From Callorhinchus milii (Eukaryota): a DNA stretch of 64,000 nucleotides. The DNA lies in NCBI RefSeq assembly GCF_018977255.1, contig NW_024704743.1, positions 79,300,001 to 79,364,000 of the forward strand. Reading direction: 5' to 3'. Positions 23,783-37,285 of this stretch are shown one piece after another (positions within the stretch are counted from its first letter, which is position 1; each line of letters opens with the position of its first letter). The notes beneath the pieces are model-generated. The model was not told the origin of the DNA and ran no database searches. It saw only the letters and a program-made list of their open reading frames with translations. Position numbers and translations under genes: made by a program.

Positions 23783-26242
23783 AATGACGCCTGCCTTGAT
23801 TTCTAAAACGCACTCGTTGCACCTCCCTCCTCGACCCCCCTGCTCTCCCCCCACCCAATTCCACCATTCAACATGCAACAAATTCTGCCAATCTGCATCC
23901 TCACCTGCTTCAGCTGACACAGGCCTTTTGCATGTCCCCTGACCCCTCTGTGCCACCTCAGCCACGATGCCCCAAATCTCTGGAACTCCCTGCCTGAATT
24001 TCTCTGGCTCGTTCCTCTAGCTTTTATCTATGTTTAAATCCCTGATGATTTCTTTGACTGCATCAATTGTCATCTTTCCTCTTCTCTCTTTGTTCAGTGT
24101 CCAACTCCGCCACCATACAGTGTTACAGTGTTCCAAGACAATATCCTGTGTATAACCACACGTTGTTGTGGTTGGTGTTTCAACAAATCTATTGTTGGGA
24201 ATAAGGGAATTCTGAACCTTTTCCCGAGAAGAATTTCTCATTTCTAGATGGGAACATAAACTAAAACGAATCACAGAAATACAATAAACAGCCTATTAAC
24301 TATCAACATAGGGGGAATTTTGATTGTACACTATAAATGGGAGTCCCTCTCCAGTAGATAATTGAGATTCCACTATATTTCCTGGTGAATATCTATTTTA
24401 AGGCATTTTCTGTCATTGTCATAATGTTTGTTCCTCAATAGCTAGCTGGCATCAACATTTTTGTTCTGTGCAAAATATTGCATATGCACAGAACATTTTA
24501 GACCTGCATAAATCATAGCAGAATTGGCAACAACGTTTTCCTGATTTTTCAATTCCAGTCAATAGTCTTTATACCATTATTTAAGCAATAATTGATCACA
24601 GGAACAACATAACAAGGTGTAAGGTTCTATGCAATCACAGAATTTTTTAAAAAAACAACGATTTTCAAATACAAAGGGCTGAGCCTGTAGTATCAGCACC
24701 ACTATTTGAGAGGTGCACATCGTCAACAAGAGGCTCAAACCTAGAACAACATAACTCAATTGCAACTAATTATACCAACGTTAAAATATCAAATGTTGCC
24801 CAAGAAATAGATCCTCCACTGAATAGCAGATCTACCAGGGGATGAAATGCTGTTTAATCACTTTAAGTGAAAACAATGTTTGGTAACTGTTCAATATCTG
24901 AAGATATTACATTGAATACTACAGTGTACATTACAATTTTGGGTAAAATTGTGCATTTGTTCATGGTTTTATCATGATTATAATGTTGCACACAACAGTC
25001 ACATAAAACCACCAAGAAGTAAATGACATTTTTTTATTTGTGGCATTATTAACCAAGACTCCAGGAGAAGCTCCCTTCTCCCTTTGAATCGTGCCATGGG
25101 ATTTTTAATGTCCACTAAAACAAGTATTTATTCACAGAACAAAGACCTTTTTTTTAATAGCAATTTGACCCCACTAATGGCTGACTAGAGGCAAGAGAGT
25201 TAGTTACCAGCTGAAGCAGATTGATATTTGGCTAACTTGGTAGTTCGGCTAGATTTATCAATATTTAGAAATTTAAATTCTTTAATAATTTGTTTTTTGA
25301 ATAGATACAAGAGTAAAGATCAATAGCATACAGTCTTAAATTCCAATAATTAAGGGCACATACTAAAGCAAATAGAGTCTGGATTAAGCATCTGCAATAT
25401 TGATCAAAATTCAAGATACCAGGGACTGACTCATTGAAAAGAAAATTATTGGGTCACTTTTGCAATTTTATGGCTCAGGACAATCTTTCCTAATATACAC
25501 AATATATTGTACTATTGCTATAGAGTATTTGAGATACTTTGTAGTTCAAAGTTCAGTACAAAATGCACTTTGAGCTACAAATAAAGCAAGTGGTTACTTG
25601 TACCAAATTAAGTAGTGACTTGTATCAAATGGATTGTTCCTTAAATCCACCATGTGTTATGTATAGTTCAGGGAATAGTCGTGGGTAAAATACATTTCCA
25701 GGTATACTTTGCTTTGTAGATTTTGCCTACCATTTATTTTACTTGAGAAGCTGTGGTAGTGGAAAAGGATTGTTATTAATGTTGTATATGTAAGGCAAAA
25801 GAAGGTAAATTGCAGCGTAGTTTAAATCAATCATCTTATCTTGAGATGATTCATTATAAATGTTATGCCCTGAAGACTTGTGAGAGGTTTTTGCCTCAGC
25901 GTGGGTTACAGGGTTTTACATGCTTCCAAATTACAGTATAGGGTGGGGCTTTGGAATTTGGTGCTTGACATACTGTACTATTCACATTGCCACAGTTTTG
26001 CTGTATAGGTCTTTGAATCCATTCAAGTTGCCTTTATATGTATCGGACATACTTTCTATCCTGCTTCTATGTTCGCCTTAAACTTCCTTAATCATGATCT
26101 CAAAAAGAGGCATGGTAAATCTGCAAGGTAGATGTTGTACACAAATATTTCAGTATAATCTTAATGCCCTGATCTTAATACAGTCTTCTCACTGTATTTA
26201 AAACAAAAGATTCAGAACTAATTTGAGTTGGAGAAGGGAAGA

Positions 26243-26470
26243 TAGAACATTCGGAAAACAGGAAAGCAGGAACGGAAGGAGTCCATTCAGCCCATCAAGC
26301 CTGTTCCATCAGTTTATTAAATCTTGGCAGATTTGCTTTTAAGTCCAATACCCCACCCTGGAACTTTCTAAACTATCAATTTCTTTCATTAGTTTAAATA
26401 TGTTAACCAAGTCACCCTGGATCTCCTTGTCTCCAAGGAATATAACCCTAATCTACTCAGACTCTCATTA
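26243..26470 (-). mobile_element. CR1 3' fragment (internally deleted)
   Basis: SYNESLSRLGLYSLETRRSR in ORF 26389-26577, plus CR1-type 3' UTR (CCATTCAGCCCATCAAGCCTGTTCC). Confidence 0.7.
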
Positions 26471-26954
26471 TAACTAAATAGCTTTTTTGTTATGCTGATG
26501 ATTGTACTACATATATATGATTTTATCCTATCGGAGAATCCCTTGAGAAGAATGAAGTGGACCTTCATTATGGCCACATTGCTTTAGCAAATCATTGAGA
26601 AATAAAGGACACCATCAAAGTTTTAAAAAATGGAGACTGGGTCAGATAAATCAAGAAATGATGGATATGTTAATAAGCAAAGTAGGAACTGGGGTTAGCT
26701 ATAAATAGGATAAATATATACAAAGCTGTAAAAACCTTACCAGGTGTTTGCCATAGTAATTTGCCTTGGAACCGTTCTTATTAATATAAATGAATTTGGC
26801 GAGAGATTGAATATCTCACATCAAGTTTCCAGATCATACAGAACTTCCAAAATCCATGCAAACTATTCCTTCAGCAAAGCAAATAACAAGGACCAATGTA
26901 ACTAGATTCCAAAGGAGCTTTTAGATAATTGGATGAATGTATCTAATACAGTTA

Positions 26955-27230
26955 GTATCTAATTGCATTTGATATAGCGCTGTTCACATCTGCTAGATGT
27001 CTCCAAGCGCTTCACAGAATATACTGTAAAGTGAATTCACTGTATATTTGTGGGAGAAGCGAGGCAGCCAATTGCACACAGCAGTGTCCCACAAATAGTC
27101 GTGGATTGAAGTGACCAATTTTATTTTTTTTCTTGAGGGATTATTATCAGGCGTGTGGAGTAAGGAAACTTGCCCAAGGTTTTTCCCTGCTGGGAATCGA
27201 ACCCAGGTCTTTCGCTTGCGAAGTGAGACG
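26955..27230 (-). mobile_element. tRNA-derived SINE, near full length
   Basis: Homologous to 13366-13675; B box visible as GGGAATCGAACCCAGGTC on the + strand. Confidence 0.9.
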
Positions 27231-27499
27231 CATCTGATAAAGTTCAGTATACAGTTGTATAAAAATTCAATTAAGAACTGAGGCGCATGTGTTAAATGGA
27301 ATACTGATCAGGAAAGAAAATTTGTATGCAGAATGGTTGTCTCAGTACTCACTTCAGTTTTAAAAAGATCATAAGGTTTTTGGATGTAATAATAGAAGTA
27401 CCGAATGAAAATTAATGTGCAATCTGAATACCTCATTTTTGCAAAGGATTTTATAGTCCTTGAAAACATTCATAAATCAAATAACCAAAAGAAAGTATT

Positions 27500-27925
27500 T
27501 TCTTTAGTTGTAGAATCAGTGACAAGTGGCAGAGTCTCAGGATTGTTTATCAGAAAAATTAGAGGAGAGATTAGAAGGAATTTCTTCATTTAGAGTTGTT
27601 GAAGTGTAGGCGGTACCACTGCACTGTAAAAACATTGAGGAATATGTGGAAACAACTAGAAAGCTGGATTTTAATGCAAGACTGATTCTGAAAAAAAAGG
27701 TAGCAGTGGCACATGATGGATGGACAGAATGACCTACTTTGAAAAGGTTTCTAGGTGATTAATAGAAGTTTTCAAGATTATGAAGCAAATTGATACAGGC
27801 AAATTATTCCCTATGCAGAAGGGTTCACATACCAAGGGAATCAAGTTAAAAGAATCTTAGCAATGATGAGGGAAGTTGTTTTTTTGTATACATATAGGAT
27901 ACTAATATACTTGGAATTGTCACAA
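27500..27925 (+). mobile_element. Degenerate CR1 3' fragments
   Basis: AGGAGAGATTAGAAGGAATTTCTTC and GGTGATTAATAGAAGTTTTCAAGATTATG resemble the 43300-43450 CR1 sequence. Confidence 0.55.
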
Positions 27926-27929
27926 GGCA

Positions 27930-28350
27930 CTGGATACCATGGTTGAGTACCTAGACCAGAGTTCAACACATGCATGCCACCTACTCATGGAAATTTCCTT
28001 GTTACTAGCATGTGCACTCTCTAGAGGGACACGTCCTGTTTACCTATTTCTGGACTCCCAGGTTGGCAAGAACTAAGGCTCGAGTTACCCCAGAGTGTGT
28101 TGAGGTACTGTTGGACTTCTACCAGCTCAAAATGCATAGCTTATCATTATGAGCACAGTGTGGCAAACTTCGTACTGCTTGTCCAGCTAGGACTATCATG
28201 CCCATTAGGGCTGCAGTTTGCAAGGATGTGGAAGCAAATGTTCCCCATGTGACTGGTCTGCCCCTCCAAGTCCTACTACTGTTTAATCTCCAGCAGTGTC
28301 TTGGAGTATTGTGGACTCCAGCTCAGGAAACGGACTATCAAGACTGCTGC
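27930..28350 (-). repeat. Unclassified dispersed repeat family X, long copy
   Basis: The reverse complement aligns by eye to 38700-39320 and 53820-54280 (GCCCTAATGGG, CTGGACAAGCAG, TCTTGCCAACC, GTCCCTC, ATTTCCATG). Confidence 0.7.
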
Positions 28351-28589
28351 AGAACGTTGACTTAATTCCAAAAACAAATTACATTACAGGAGGGTGTCCC
28401 AATGTGAAATAAGCTATTCCAACATTCTACAAGGAGACCCCTGCTTATTATCTCTGCCCACTTCCTAAATATCAAAATTTGCGGATCGCACTACAACTCT
28501 AGCTAACTCTGAAGAGTATGTGACTTTTTAAGAGGACTTAAACCGATTAAGGGAAGGACAGGGTAGTTGCAGATGAAATTTAATGAGAA

Positions 28590-28985
28590 AAGTGTGAGAT
28601 GACGCATTTTGGGAGGAAGAATGAAAAATTAATGTATGCTCCAGTATAAAAGATTCAGAGGAGTTGATAGAACTCTTCCAAATGATGGAAGATCTTGATA
28701 AGGTAAATACTAAAGGCAGTAACAATTTTCACGGTTGAAGTTGGTGGATAGAAACCATAAGATAATTCCAAAGAAAATTAAGGGAGAAGTAAGGAGATTT
28801 TTTTTAATCAGAGTAAAATTTAAACAGAGTTTTAATAGGACATGAAGTGACTTACCAAAACAGAATTCGTATGGATTTTAAAAGGGAATTGGATAAATAT
28901 TTAGCAATGGAAAATATGGAAGGGGAGTGAAACTGCATGGTGTATCCTTTCAGAAGCCTGGCACAGGCACAATGGGCCAACTGGA
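28590..28985 (+). mobile_element. Degenerate CR1 3' fragment
   Basis: GAGGAGTTGATAGAACTCTTCCAAATGATG...TTTAAAAGGGAATTGGATAAATATT...GGCACAGGCACAATGGGCCAA, similar to 43300-43640. Confidence 0.7.
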
Positions 28986-29659
28986 CCAAAACCTTTAGTT
29001 TCCTCTCTCTTTCTCGCTCAAAATCTCCACTTTCCTCTCTTCGTTTTCTGGTTAAACCTATAGGTTTTAAACTAAATTTGTGACTTGTTCCAGAAAAAAC
29101 AATTTCCCTGAATTTTCTCTGTACCTCTACAGTCATTTATTTGTGACTGAGCATTTCATATTCTTGAAATGAACAACATGACATTTTTGTTCTAATATCC
29201 CCTTTAATTCTTGTTAATGATCCTGCCCAACAAGAAAGATGTTCACTATCTACTAAGCTCAGAACATTTCAGAATTTTGAAGTACTACTATTTTAACACT
29301 TTAAGCTTTTATAATGCAGTGGAATTTAATTTAACTCATCTTCATAACTAGGTGTGTCACCTTCATTTGGCAAATGAATCTTGGAATTTTACCACTTAAC
29401 AATTCCACATAACAATTTTTTGACAGTTGATAGAGAAACTATTTCCTCTGGTAAGCAGAGGGCACAGATTTAAGATAATTGGCAAATGAACCAGAGGGGA
29501 AAAAATCCACGTTAAATCTTACAAAGCACTTTGGGATGTTCTCCTGACCTGCAAGGTGCTCTACCAAAAGCAGGGAATATTATGTATTTGTATTACAACT
29601 TCATTTACCCAGTGATGGACAAATTGGTAGAATGGCAGTGCCAACACCCTGCTCAGATT

Positions 29660-29737
29660 AAAATCCCTGACTGTCCAGCACCTTGGGACGTCCTGCTGAC
29701 GTGAAAGGCGCTATACAAATGTAAATTGTTGTTGTTG
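29660..29737 (+). mobile_element. L2 3' tail fragment
   Basis: CTGTCCAGCACCTTGGGACGTCCTGCTGACGTGAAAGGCGCTATACAAATGTAAATTGTTGTTGTTG. Confidence 0.82.
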
Positions 29738-30589
29738 CTTGTGACACCCCCAACTTTGAGACCATCGGTGTTTAAGTACATTGTTTTTTCTGTAGTGATC
29801 AATACAATTTTCTGATAGTGTATCAGAATTTCATTTAAAGCGTTTTGAAGGTTGAAAATTGTTTGGTTGTACTTCAGAAACAATTTGAACAGTTTGAACC
29901 TAACACAGCAGTTTGAACCTAAGTGGCAGCACTGTAGGGTGTGATTTGTATTTTCTGCCATAAATATTGAATGAGTTCATAACCACTAAGTATTGGGAAC
30001 TGTGTACTTTATCTGAGTGTTGGGGGAGTGAAGTCAATGCAAATGGAAGATGTATGTTTTTGAGCATCATTGTATTGAGGCCAGTTCAACACTGTAATAT
30101 TGTTGTGGCCAATATAACTACAGTATATAGTTTTATACTGTCAGCTTTTCCACTCCACTGTATTGGTGGTTGTTGTCACATTGGGAAATCTTGTATTTCC
30201 TCTGTGCTGTGTAAAAGTTCATCCTGTATAAAAGATCCTCCCTTGGGCAGCAATAATAATTAGCTTGCCATTATTGATGGTGTACACTCCCTATTGCTGT
30301 TTCTGCGTCATATTTACGGTAGGAGTTGTTGTATCATGTTTTGCTGCTAAAACTCCTCCCAAAAGATTGGAAGAATTTAATTGAAATCTCCAGGCTTCAA
30401 CCCCTGTTTAGTGTAGTCAGTCCCAGTGGGTTGGCAATGTAGTTTTAAAGTTATTTATTCTCTAAACATAATGTTAGGAAATATATTTCACAAATGTCCA
30501 TAGAAAAAGTACAAAAATGAGAAGTGATCTGCTGGATCTTATTCGGAGTCCTCAGCTAAAGAGTTAGGCAGATGCTTGTACAGTAGAGG

Positions 30590-30712
30590 TATTAAGGAGT
30601 ATGGTAAATTGGTGGAACATTGGGTTTAAAACGTCTGACAACATCTAAAACTAGTGGAACAAGCTTGATGGGCTGAATGGGCTCCTCCTGTTCCAGTTTC
30701 CTGTGGTCCTGT
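30590..30712 (+). mobile_element. CR1 3' UTR fragment
   Basis: GGAACAAGCTTGATGGGCTGAATGGGCTCCTCCTGTTCC is the reverse complement of the 26260-26310 CR1 tail. Confidence 0.65.
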
Positions 30713-32451
30713 GACTGCAAACATTTCAACACAAATTGATTAATATATAGTAAGTTACTATATATGTTAAAATAACTAAGTAAATTATGCAGGACATAAA
30801 TATGAACCAAACCACTTGCACCTGTGAGAAAACTAGAGGTTGTGATAAATACTTAATTGTCGATTTTAAAATGGTGGTATGGCGAGGAATCTAATCAAAG
30901 AGAATATAACATTGGAAGCATTTTCTGAGAATAACTTCTTTTGCAGAGTAAATGAATATTTGTCACAAGGACAGTCCTGTATTAAAACTGAATCGTTCAG
31001 TTTAACTAGAGATGAAAAATTCTATCTTGACTCTGAATGCTTTGACTTAACATATTAGCTCCACGGTGAGAATAGTAGGTTTCAGAATACTTCCTATAAT
31101 TAGTCTAACCATTATTATTCAGTGGCTGAGATTAAATGCAACTCGTGTCACACTCTTATAGTTCCCATCTATGTCCTTATTTGGTCAGGTTCATCAACAA
31201 GATTTGCTGCCTGACAAGAACCACATCACACTTCCGCCCAAAGTGCCGCGTCATGCACTGCCATGCCTGAATGTGGTTGACGCTTCCGCATAGTTTTCTT
31301 AAAACACTCTCTGCTACTCTCAATTTTGGTTTTAAATAGAGGAATATTTTCTAATCAGTAACGTACCAATTGTGAACTATTATGTAAATGCACAGTAATC
31401 ATCTTATAAATTAGTCAAAATATTAAGATCAATATCAATTAAAATCAATGTTTTCAGGAGTAAAATAATATTTTTCGCATTAAGAAATGTGCCTTTTAAA
31501 TCTGTTTATGTTCACTGGAATTCCATTCTGGAGTAACAAAAGGGTATTTTATAAGGCAGATCTAAATGAGCAAAAGTAGCAACTGAACTGTAAACAGTGC
31601 TTGAATCTTTGACTTAATTGATATTTATACTTTGGGGCAAGATTGATGGATCAGTGGAAATGTCAATAATGTTTACTATCATTTTGAATGTGTATAAGAA
31701 GATGAGACTGTAATATTTATTCACTCTGTTAAAGAAGTTAGTTTCAGAAAAATGCTTCCAATGTTATATTCTCTTAAATTAGATTCCTTACTATACCGCC
31801 ATTTTAAAATTGACAATTCAGTATTTATCACTAACTCTAATTTTCTCATAGGTTCCAGTGGTTTGGTTCACACATATATGGGGGAGGGTGAAGAGGAGAA
31901 ACGGACAAAACAAGTTACCTTTTTCAGTGTACTTCATGGGGTAAAAATAAGAATTAATGAAGAAAAATTACTCTTACTAGAACAGGTAATTGTTACCAGC
32001 AACTATCAAAAATAGAACTGCTCACACTGCAACCAGTTCTAGTTGAGTTCAACTTCAGTTTTAATGACTTGAAAAAAAAGCTTGCCAATAAACCAATTAC
32101 TGTCCATATATAAAAGTCTGTCTTCTTACTGAATTAGTTTAACCCTTGTTGTAGACATTTCCTCTCTAATTCATAAGTTCATCTGTGCCAAAAGGTTTGC
32201 TTAAATTTCTCTGGTTAAGTCTTAAATTTTGGTGAATAAAACATGCATTAAGGGATTTTGTTAAAGAAAAAGTCACACTTACCAAGTAAAAAAAATCTAC
32301 TTTAAATAGAAAAATCAAAATAGTACTAGGACTAAAAATACACAAATACTAAGGAGTTAGGAATATATAAAATCAACAAACCTATTGCAGCTCAATGTAT
32401 GATCTTCATCAAACTAGCTTTTAAAAATTGAATATTCAAAGCTAAGTTAAA

Positions 32452-33065
32452 TAACAGCAATAACTTGCATTTACATAGCGCCCCTCACATAGGGCAGTAT
32501 CTCAGAGCACTTAACAGTGGCGGAGCCTGATACTGCGCTGGGGGAGATCGAAGGTGACTTCAAAGTCAAAGAGGAAGGCCTTCAGTTTTGATCTAAAAGA
32601 GGGGAAGGAGGGGCGCAAGGCAGAGGGATTGAGGGAGAGCGCTCCAAAGCTTTGGGGCACAGTGGCTGACAGTGCAGCTGCCATTGGTGGAGCGTAGTGG
32701 ACGAGGGTCAAGTATGAGGCCAGGGCCAGCTGTGTGCAGGCAGTGGGTAGTGGAGTAGGGAGAAAGGAGATTAGAAAGGTAGGAGGATGCCAGGGCGTGA
32801 GGGATTTGTAGGCGAGTGAGAGGATCTTGAAATCAATCTGTTCTGTAATAGGGAGCCAGCAGAGCCTGGCGAGGACTGCTGTGATGGGTATGGAGTTTAG
32901 TATGGGTGAGAATAGAGACAGTGGAGTTTTGAATGAGTTGTAGTTTGTGGGTAGTGGAGCTGGGTAGACGGGGAGGAGGGCATTAGAATAGTCGAGTTGT
33001 GAGGTGACTAAGATGTGAACGAGGGTTTTGTCTGCATTGAGAGTTAGGTATGATTGGGGGCGAAC
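32452..33065 (-). mobile_element. L2 LINE 3' fragment (older subfamily, similar to 14555-15276)
   Basis: Tail AACAGCAATAACTTGCATTTACATAGCGCC; SFRSKLKAFLFD in ORF 32511-32711; GGATCTTGAAATCAATC matches the reverse of 14880. Confidence 0.85.
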
Positions 33066-33269
33066 ATAATTTAGTCATAAATAAAAACTTTGTGGATGAT
33101 ATTTCTCATTTTGAGGGTGATCGATAGCCAAGGAAACGAGTACAGGAAAATATTGGAAAATGAAAGGGTAAATGGCCAGCCCAGGACAAATCAAAGCTGT
33201 GTTGAGTAGTAACAGAAATTTCCTCCAGCAGGCTGCTAAGCAGAGGTTTCAAAAGGAATTTGTAAAACT

Positions 33270-33395
33270 GATCCTCAACAACGCATTCATCAGATCCAAA
33301 CTGTACTATGCAAACTCCGTGCTTGTCGGCCTCCCCAACTCCTCCCTCCACAGACTGCAGATCATCCAGAACTCTGCAGCTTGTGTCCTGCCCCT
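33270..33395 (+). mobile_element. L2 internal fragment
   Basis: SKLYYANSVLVGLPNSSLHRLQIIQNSAACVL in ORF 33172-33483. Confidence 0.85.
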
Positions 33396-33439
33396 ACCCT
33401 CGAGAACTCCATCCCGCAGTCCCTCCCTCTTATCCACAA

Positions 33440-33955
33440 ATAGCTATGAGGTGAATGATCAATTTTATTTGGGGGCTTGTTGAACAGGCTACTGGGAGAA
33501 AACCCCTTCTCTTTTTGAGAAGTGCCATGGGATCTTTAACATTTACTTGAACAGGCAGACAGGACCTCGTTTTTTGTTGATATTTATTAGATTGACATAC
33601 TTTTAACGTAACAGGTTTTATTTAAGTGTTAGCCTTGCACTCTTGCCTCTGAGTCTGAGGCTTTGGATTCAAGCCCCGAAATCAGGACTTTGAGTTCACA
33701 GTGTAGACTGACCCAACAAAGAACAACAACACGATTACATTTGTATACATTGTGTTCGGGATGTGCTGCATTGTTGGTGGTGCTATCCTCCGCATGTTAA
33801 CTCGAAGCCCTGTATGCATGTTCAGTTGGACATTAAACATTCCATAGCACTATTTAAAAAAACACAAGGGAATTTCTCATACTGTTCTGGCCAACAATCC
33901 CTCAGATAAAATTGGCCATTCGCTTTATGGCTGTTTGTGGGACGTGGCCATGTGT
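33440..33955. mobile_element. Two degenerate older SINE fragments (minus about 33440-33570; plus about 33625-33955)
   Basis: GTGCCATGGGATCTTTAACAT...GAACAGGCAGACAGGACCTCG (minus); GCACTCTTGCCTCTGAGTC...GGATTCAAGCCCC head and GCTGTTTGTGGGAC (plus). Confidence 0.6.
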
Positions 33956-36544
33956 GAATTATTGTGGAATATTATATGGTGTATTGTAGAATTGAACCAA
34001 AGCAGACTGTGTGGATTTATTTCAGAAGTAAATATCAAGTAACTCAATGAATGTAAAAAAAATAGATTCAAATCAATGGGCAACCTTTTTTTCACTGAAG
34101 CATAGGTTTTTCAGTGTGCATTCATTAAAACATTGTTTTCAATTTACGATTTACCACATCCTGTTAATTTTAGTACTTCCTTCTTCAAGGTTATTCTAAC
34201 ATTTGACAATTTCACAAGTTCAAAGTCACAGTGGAAAGAATTGAGGATGTTTTAATATCAATGTCTTAATATGCTGTTTAAGGTAATTGCTTTGGCTTCA
34301 AGTTTAGCTCTCTTAGTGCTTTCTGAGCTTTTCTAAGCTCCCTTATTGTTGCTAATGTAGCTATATCATTAATAGTTTACTATATCCTTTGTGCATGCAC
34401 TATTGATTTTGTAAAACTGTCATCGTTTTGATAAGAGAGCACCAGAACTACTGCTATCTTGTTATGATTTTGGTGTTAATAATAATCAATAATATTTAGA
34501 TACAAAATTACATAGTTACAGTGGGAATCCTGAATTTATCACTTGTTTAGGGATATTGTAGTGAACTAACATTACCAACATAAACATAATACCCTTCATG
34601 TAGGTGGCATTTTGGAGAGCCAACTGAATACAGAGCAAACTGAATAATGAGATATTTTCAAATTTTTCATGTGCAAAAGGTTGGTGAGTAACCATTTGCA
34701 GATTTCCCCAGATCGAGCAAAACATTGTAATCAGTTGACCTAATTGAAGGCTTTCACCTGTGCTCTTGTGAGCCACTGAATGAGAGATGTAGAAGCATGG
34801 CCTTGCAAAGAGCCTTTGTGTCTCCTTGATGTTGGCTATACCATTATAGGAATTTGATGTCACTGTGCTAGCTTCAAATCATTTCCAGCTTCATTATACA
34901 CTCATCTTTCACTTAGTGTTAGTAAAAACTTATTTTTGCATTCAGTACTCCCAATGCTGAAGGTTAAGAAATAGAACTATGTAAATAAAGCATGTTTCCT
35001 GTTTAAATACTTCAATTTGTTTTAATAAAGTTTTGAAACGATGTCTTCAAAGGTGAACTGTGAAGAATGCAAAGTACTTTTTCATTTTATTTTGGATAAT
35101 TTCACACTTCCTGTCTAACATGGATATTTATCATGACGATGCTGTTGTCAGGCACAGCGAATTGTATATAATTTCTTGGTAATTTTGATCTTGAGCTTCA
35201 GGGTGCAGAAAGGAAGAAGCAGCGTTCTGCTTATTTCTTCTTGGTTGGACTCCCCTTGTATTGAGTGCGGGATAAGGGGAATGGGACATTGCACCCATAG
35301 TGATTCTTCTGGTAGAATGTACCCATTTCTACCAGAACTTTCAGCAATGTGCTGGTGGTAGATATTGGAAAAATGAAGAACTGCAAGACAGGTTGTATCT
35401 ATGGTGACAAAACTAGCTGCTCAGAATTTGTCACCATAACTTTTTTAATTCTGGGCTAATGATTACCTTGAATTAGCTCACTTTTTCCTGAAAATATTCC
35501 ACTTAAATTTTATTTTAAGATTCTGCCTGGATTTGAACAGTTATAAATGTAATTGCATTGACAAACCAAACTACCTGTAAAACACTTATGTATAGAAACT
35601 ATTTGAGTGCTGTAAACACACCTTGGGGTGATTCTTTCATTTCTATTTTATTAGTGGCCATCTGCTTTTCCTTTCTCTTCCCCTCCCCCCCTTGCCGGTA
35701 AAGAACATCCATCCTTCTGTTAGATCTGTAAGGAAGTTCAGCTGCAGGATTGGTTCATATAGTTGAATTATTGAGACATAATTGTACTGTAGATCATTTT
35801 TGAATCAGTGTGGTTCTGCAAAAAAATTAGTTTGCTGTGTAAATTGCCCTTGAACATCTTTCTGTTTCTTGCATTTTTTCATCCTTTACATTTGTAATGA
35901 ACCAGACATTATAAACCCAGTAAGTATGCTAGTGAATACAGACATGAAAGTTATTTGAAGCAAGGCTTCACAGATTTACCAGTAAAATTTGTTTTGCTCA
36001 GTGTTTTTGTCATATGTATGGTTCCTATTTTGTCTGGCGTGGAGTACGCACAGTCTTCTTAAAGGGAAGCACCTGCTAACCTAATAAAAAAAAGTGGGGC
36101 TTGATCTGATTCCTCTCATCTGAAGAATGATGCCTTCAACAATATTGCATTGGAGTGTCAGTGTAGACTGAGCTCAAAGTCTGAATGTGGCATTTGACCC
36201 TATCGCTGCAACTTGCAGAGATGCAGCTAATGCGGTTCTATATCAGTGTGATTTTGTTGGCTGATGAGTTTCTGCTTTCTTTGACTGGTGGGCAGCCTGC
36301 TTTAGCATTGTTAAAACTTGTCCATAGAGGGTAGCAGACTCTAAATCTAATATTTAACCTTCAATAGCCTGATAACTCCAGCAGTGGTGACACAGTCCTA
36401 AGCATCGAGTATTTTAACTATTTTGAAAGCTGCATGGTTGTTTATGTACTTTATCCATAGTTGATTTCAGTGTCTCTCAATGTGACCCTCTATTACACAT
36501 AATAGAACTACATTTATTTTGCTGTACAAGATTTTACCTTCGTA

Positions 36545-36742
36545 TAATAATAATCCTTGCATTTGATATAGCACTTCTCACGCCTTCTAGACATCTGAAA
36601 GCGCTTCACAGAATATACTGTAAAGTGAATTGACTATATATTTGTGGGTGAAACGCGGCAGCCAATTGCGCACAGCAGTGTCCCACAAACAGTCGTGAAT
36701 TGAAGAGACCAATTTTTTTTTCTTGAGGGATTATTATTAGGC
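36545..36742 (-). mobile_element. SINE 3' portion (5'-truncated)
   Basis: Close match to the tail and body of 13366-13570. Confidence 0.9.
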
Positions 36743-37114
36743 TTTTGTTTCATAAGTGATTTTCTGTGAAATTATCAAAGTGAATGAATATGGTGTTAAG
36801 AACCTCCTTCAATCATCCACATCAGGCACTGCCCCTGGAGCTTTCCTCCCCTGAGATCTCAGTGCCTGCTACAGTACCAAATTTAGTGTCGTAATTAGGA
36901 ACATATTGAAGTTATTTTGAGCAATGATATTTTACCCTGAAAATGTGAGAGTGGTGGGCTGGTACAATATTTGGACTTCAAACAAAAGACGCCTGAAATT
37001 CCATGTTGTCTTAACCTGCTAAAACCATTTAGTCTTTACAATTTAATATCACACAGAATTGTTGAATTGCTAAATTCAGTCTTTATTACAAGCCGATTCT
37101 TTTTAATTTTAATG

Positions 37115-37285
37115 AGACCTGTGCCTAATAGTTTCCGGAATTATTTAAGCACGGTCCCTCCAGGGAAGGAGTGCACATTCCATTCTATCTCTGGGATTTT
37201 CATGTGCAGGTGGGATGCATGGAAATCTCAGCTTGGTTTGGATACTCTTCAGCATGGTGATGGGTATCCGTGTGTTTCAGGCTAT
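37115..37285 (+). repeat. Unclassified repeat family X, partial copy
   Basis: GTCCCTCCAGGGA...GGTGGGATGCATGGAAATCTCAGCTTGGTTTGGATACTCTT is near identical to 39180-39300. Confidence 0.8.
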
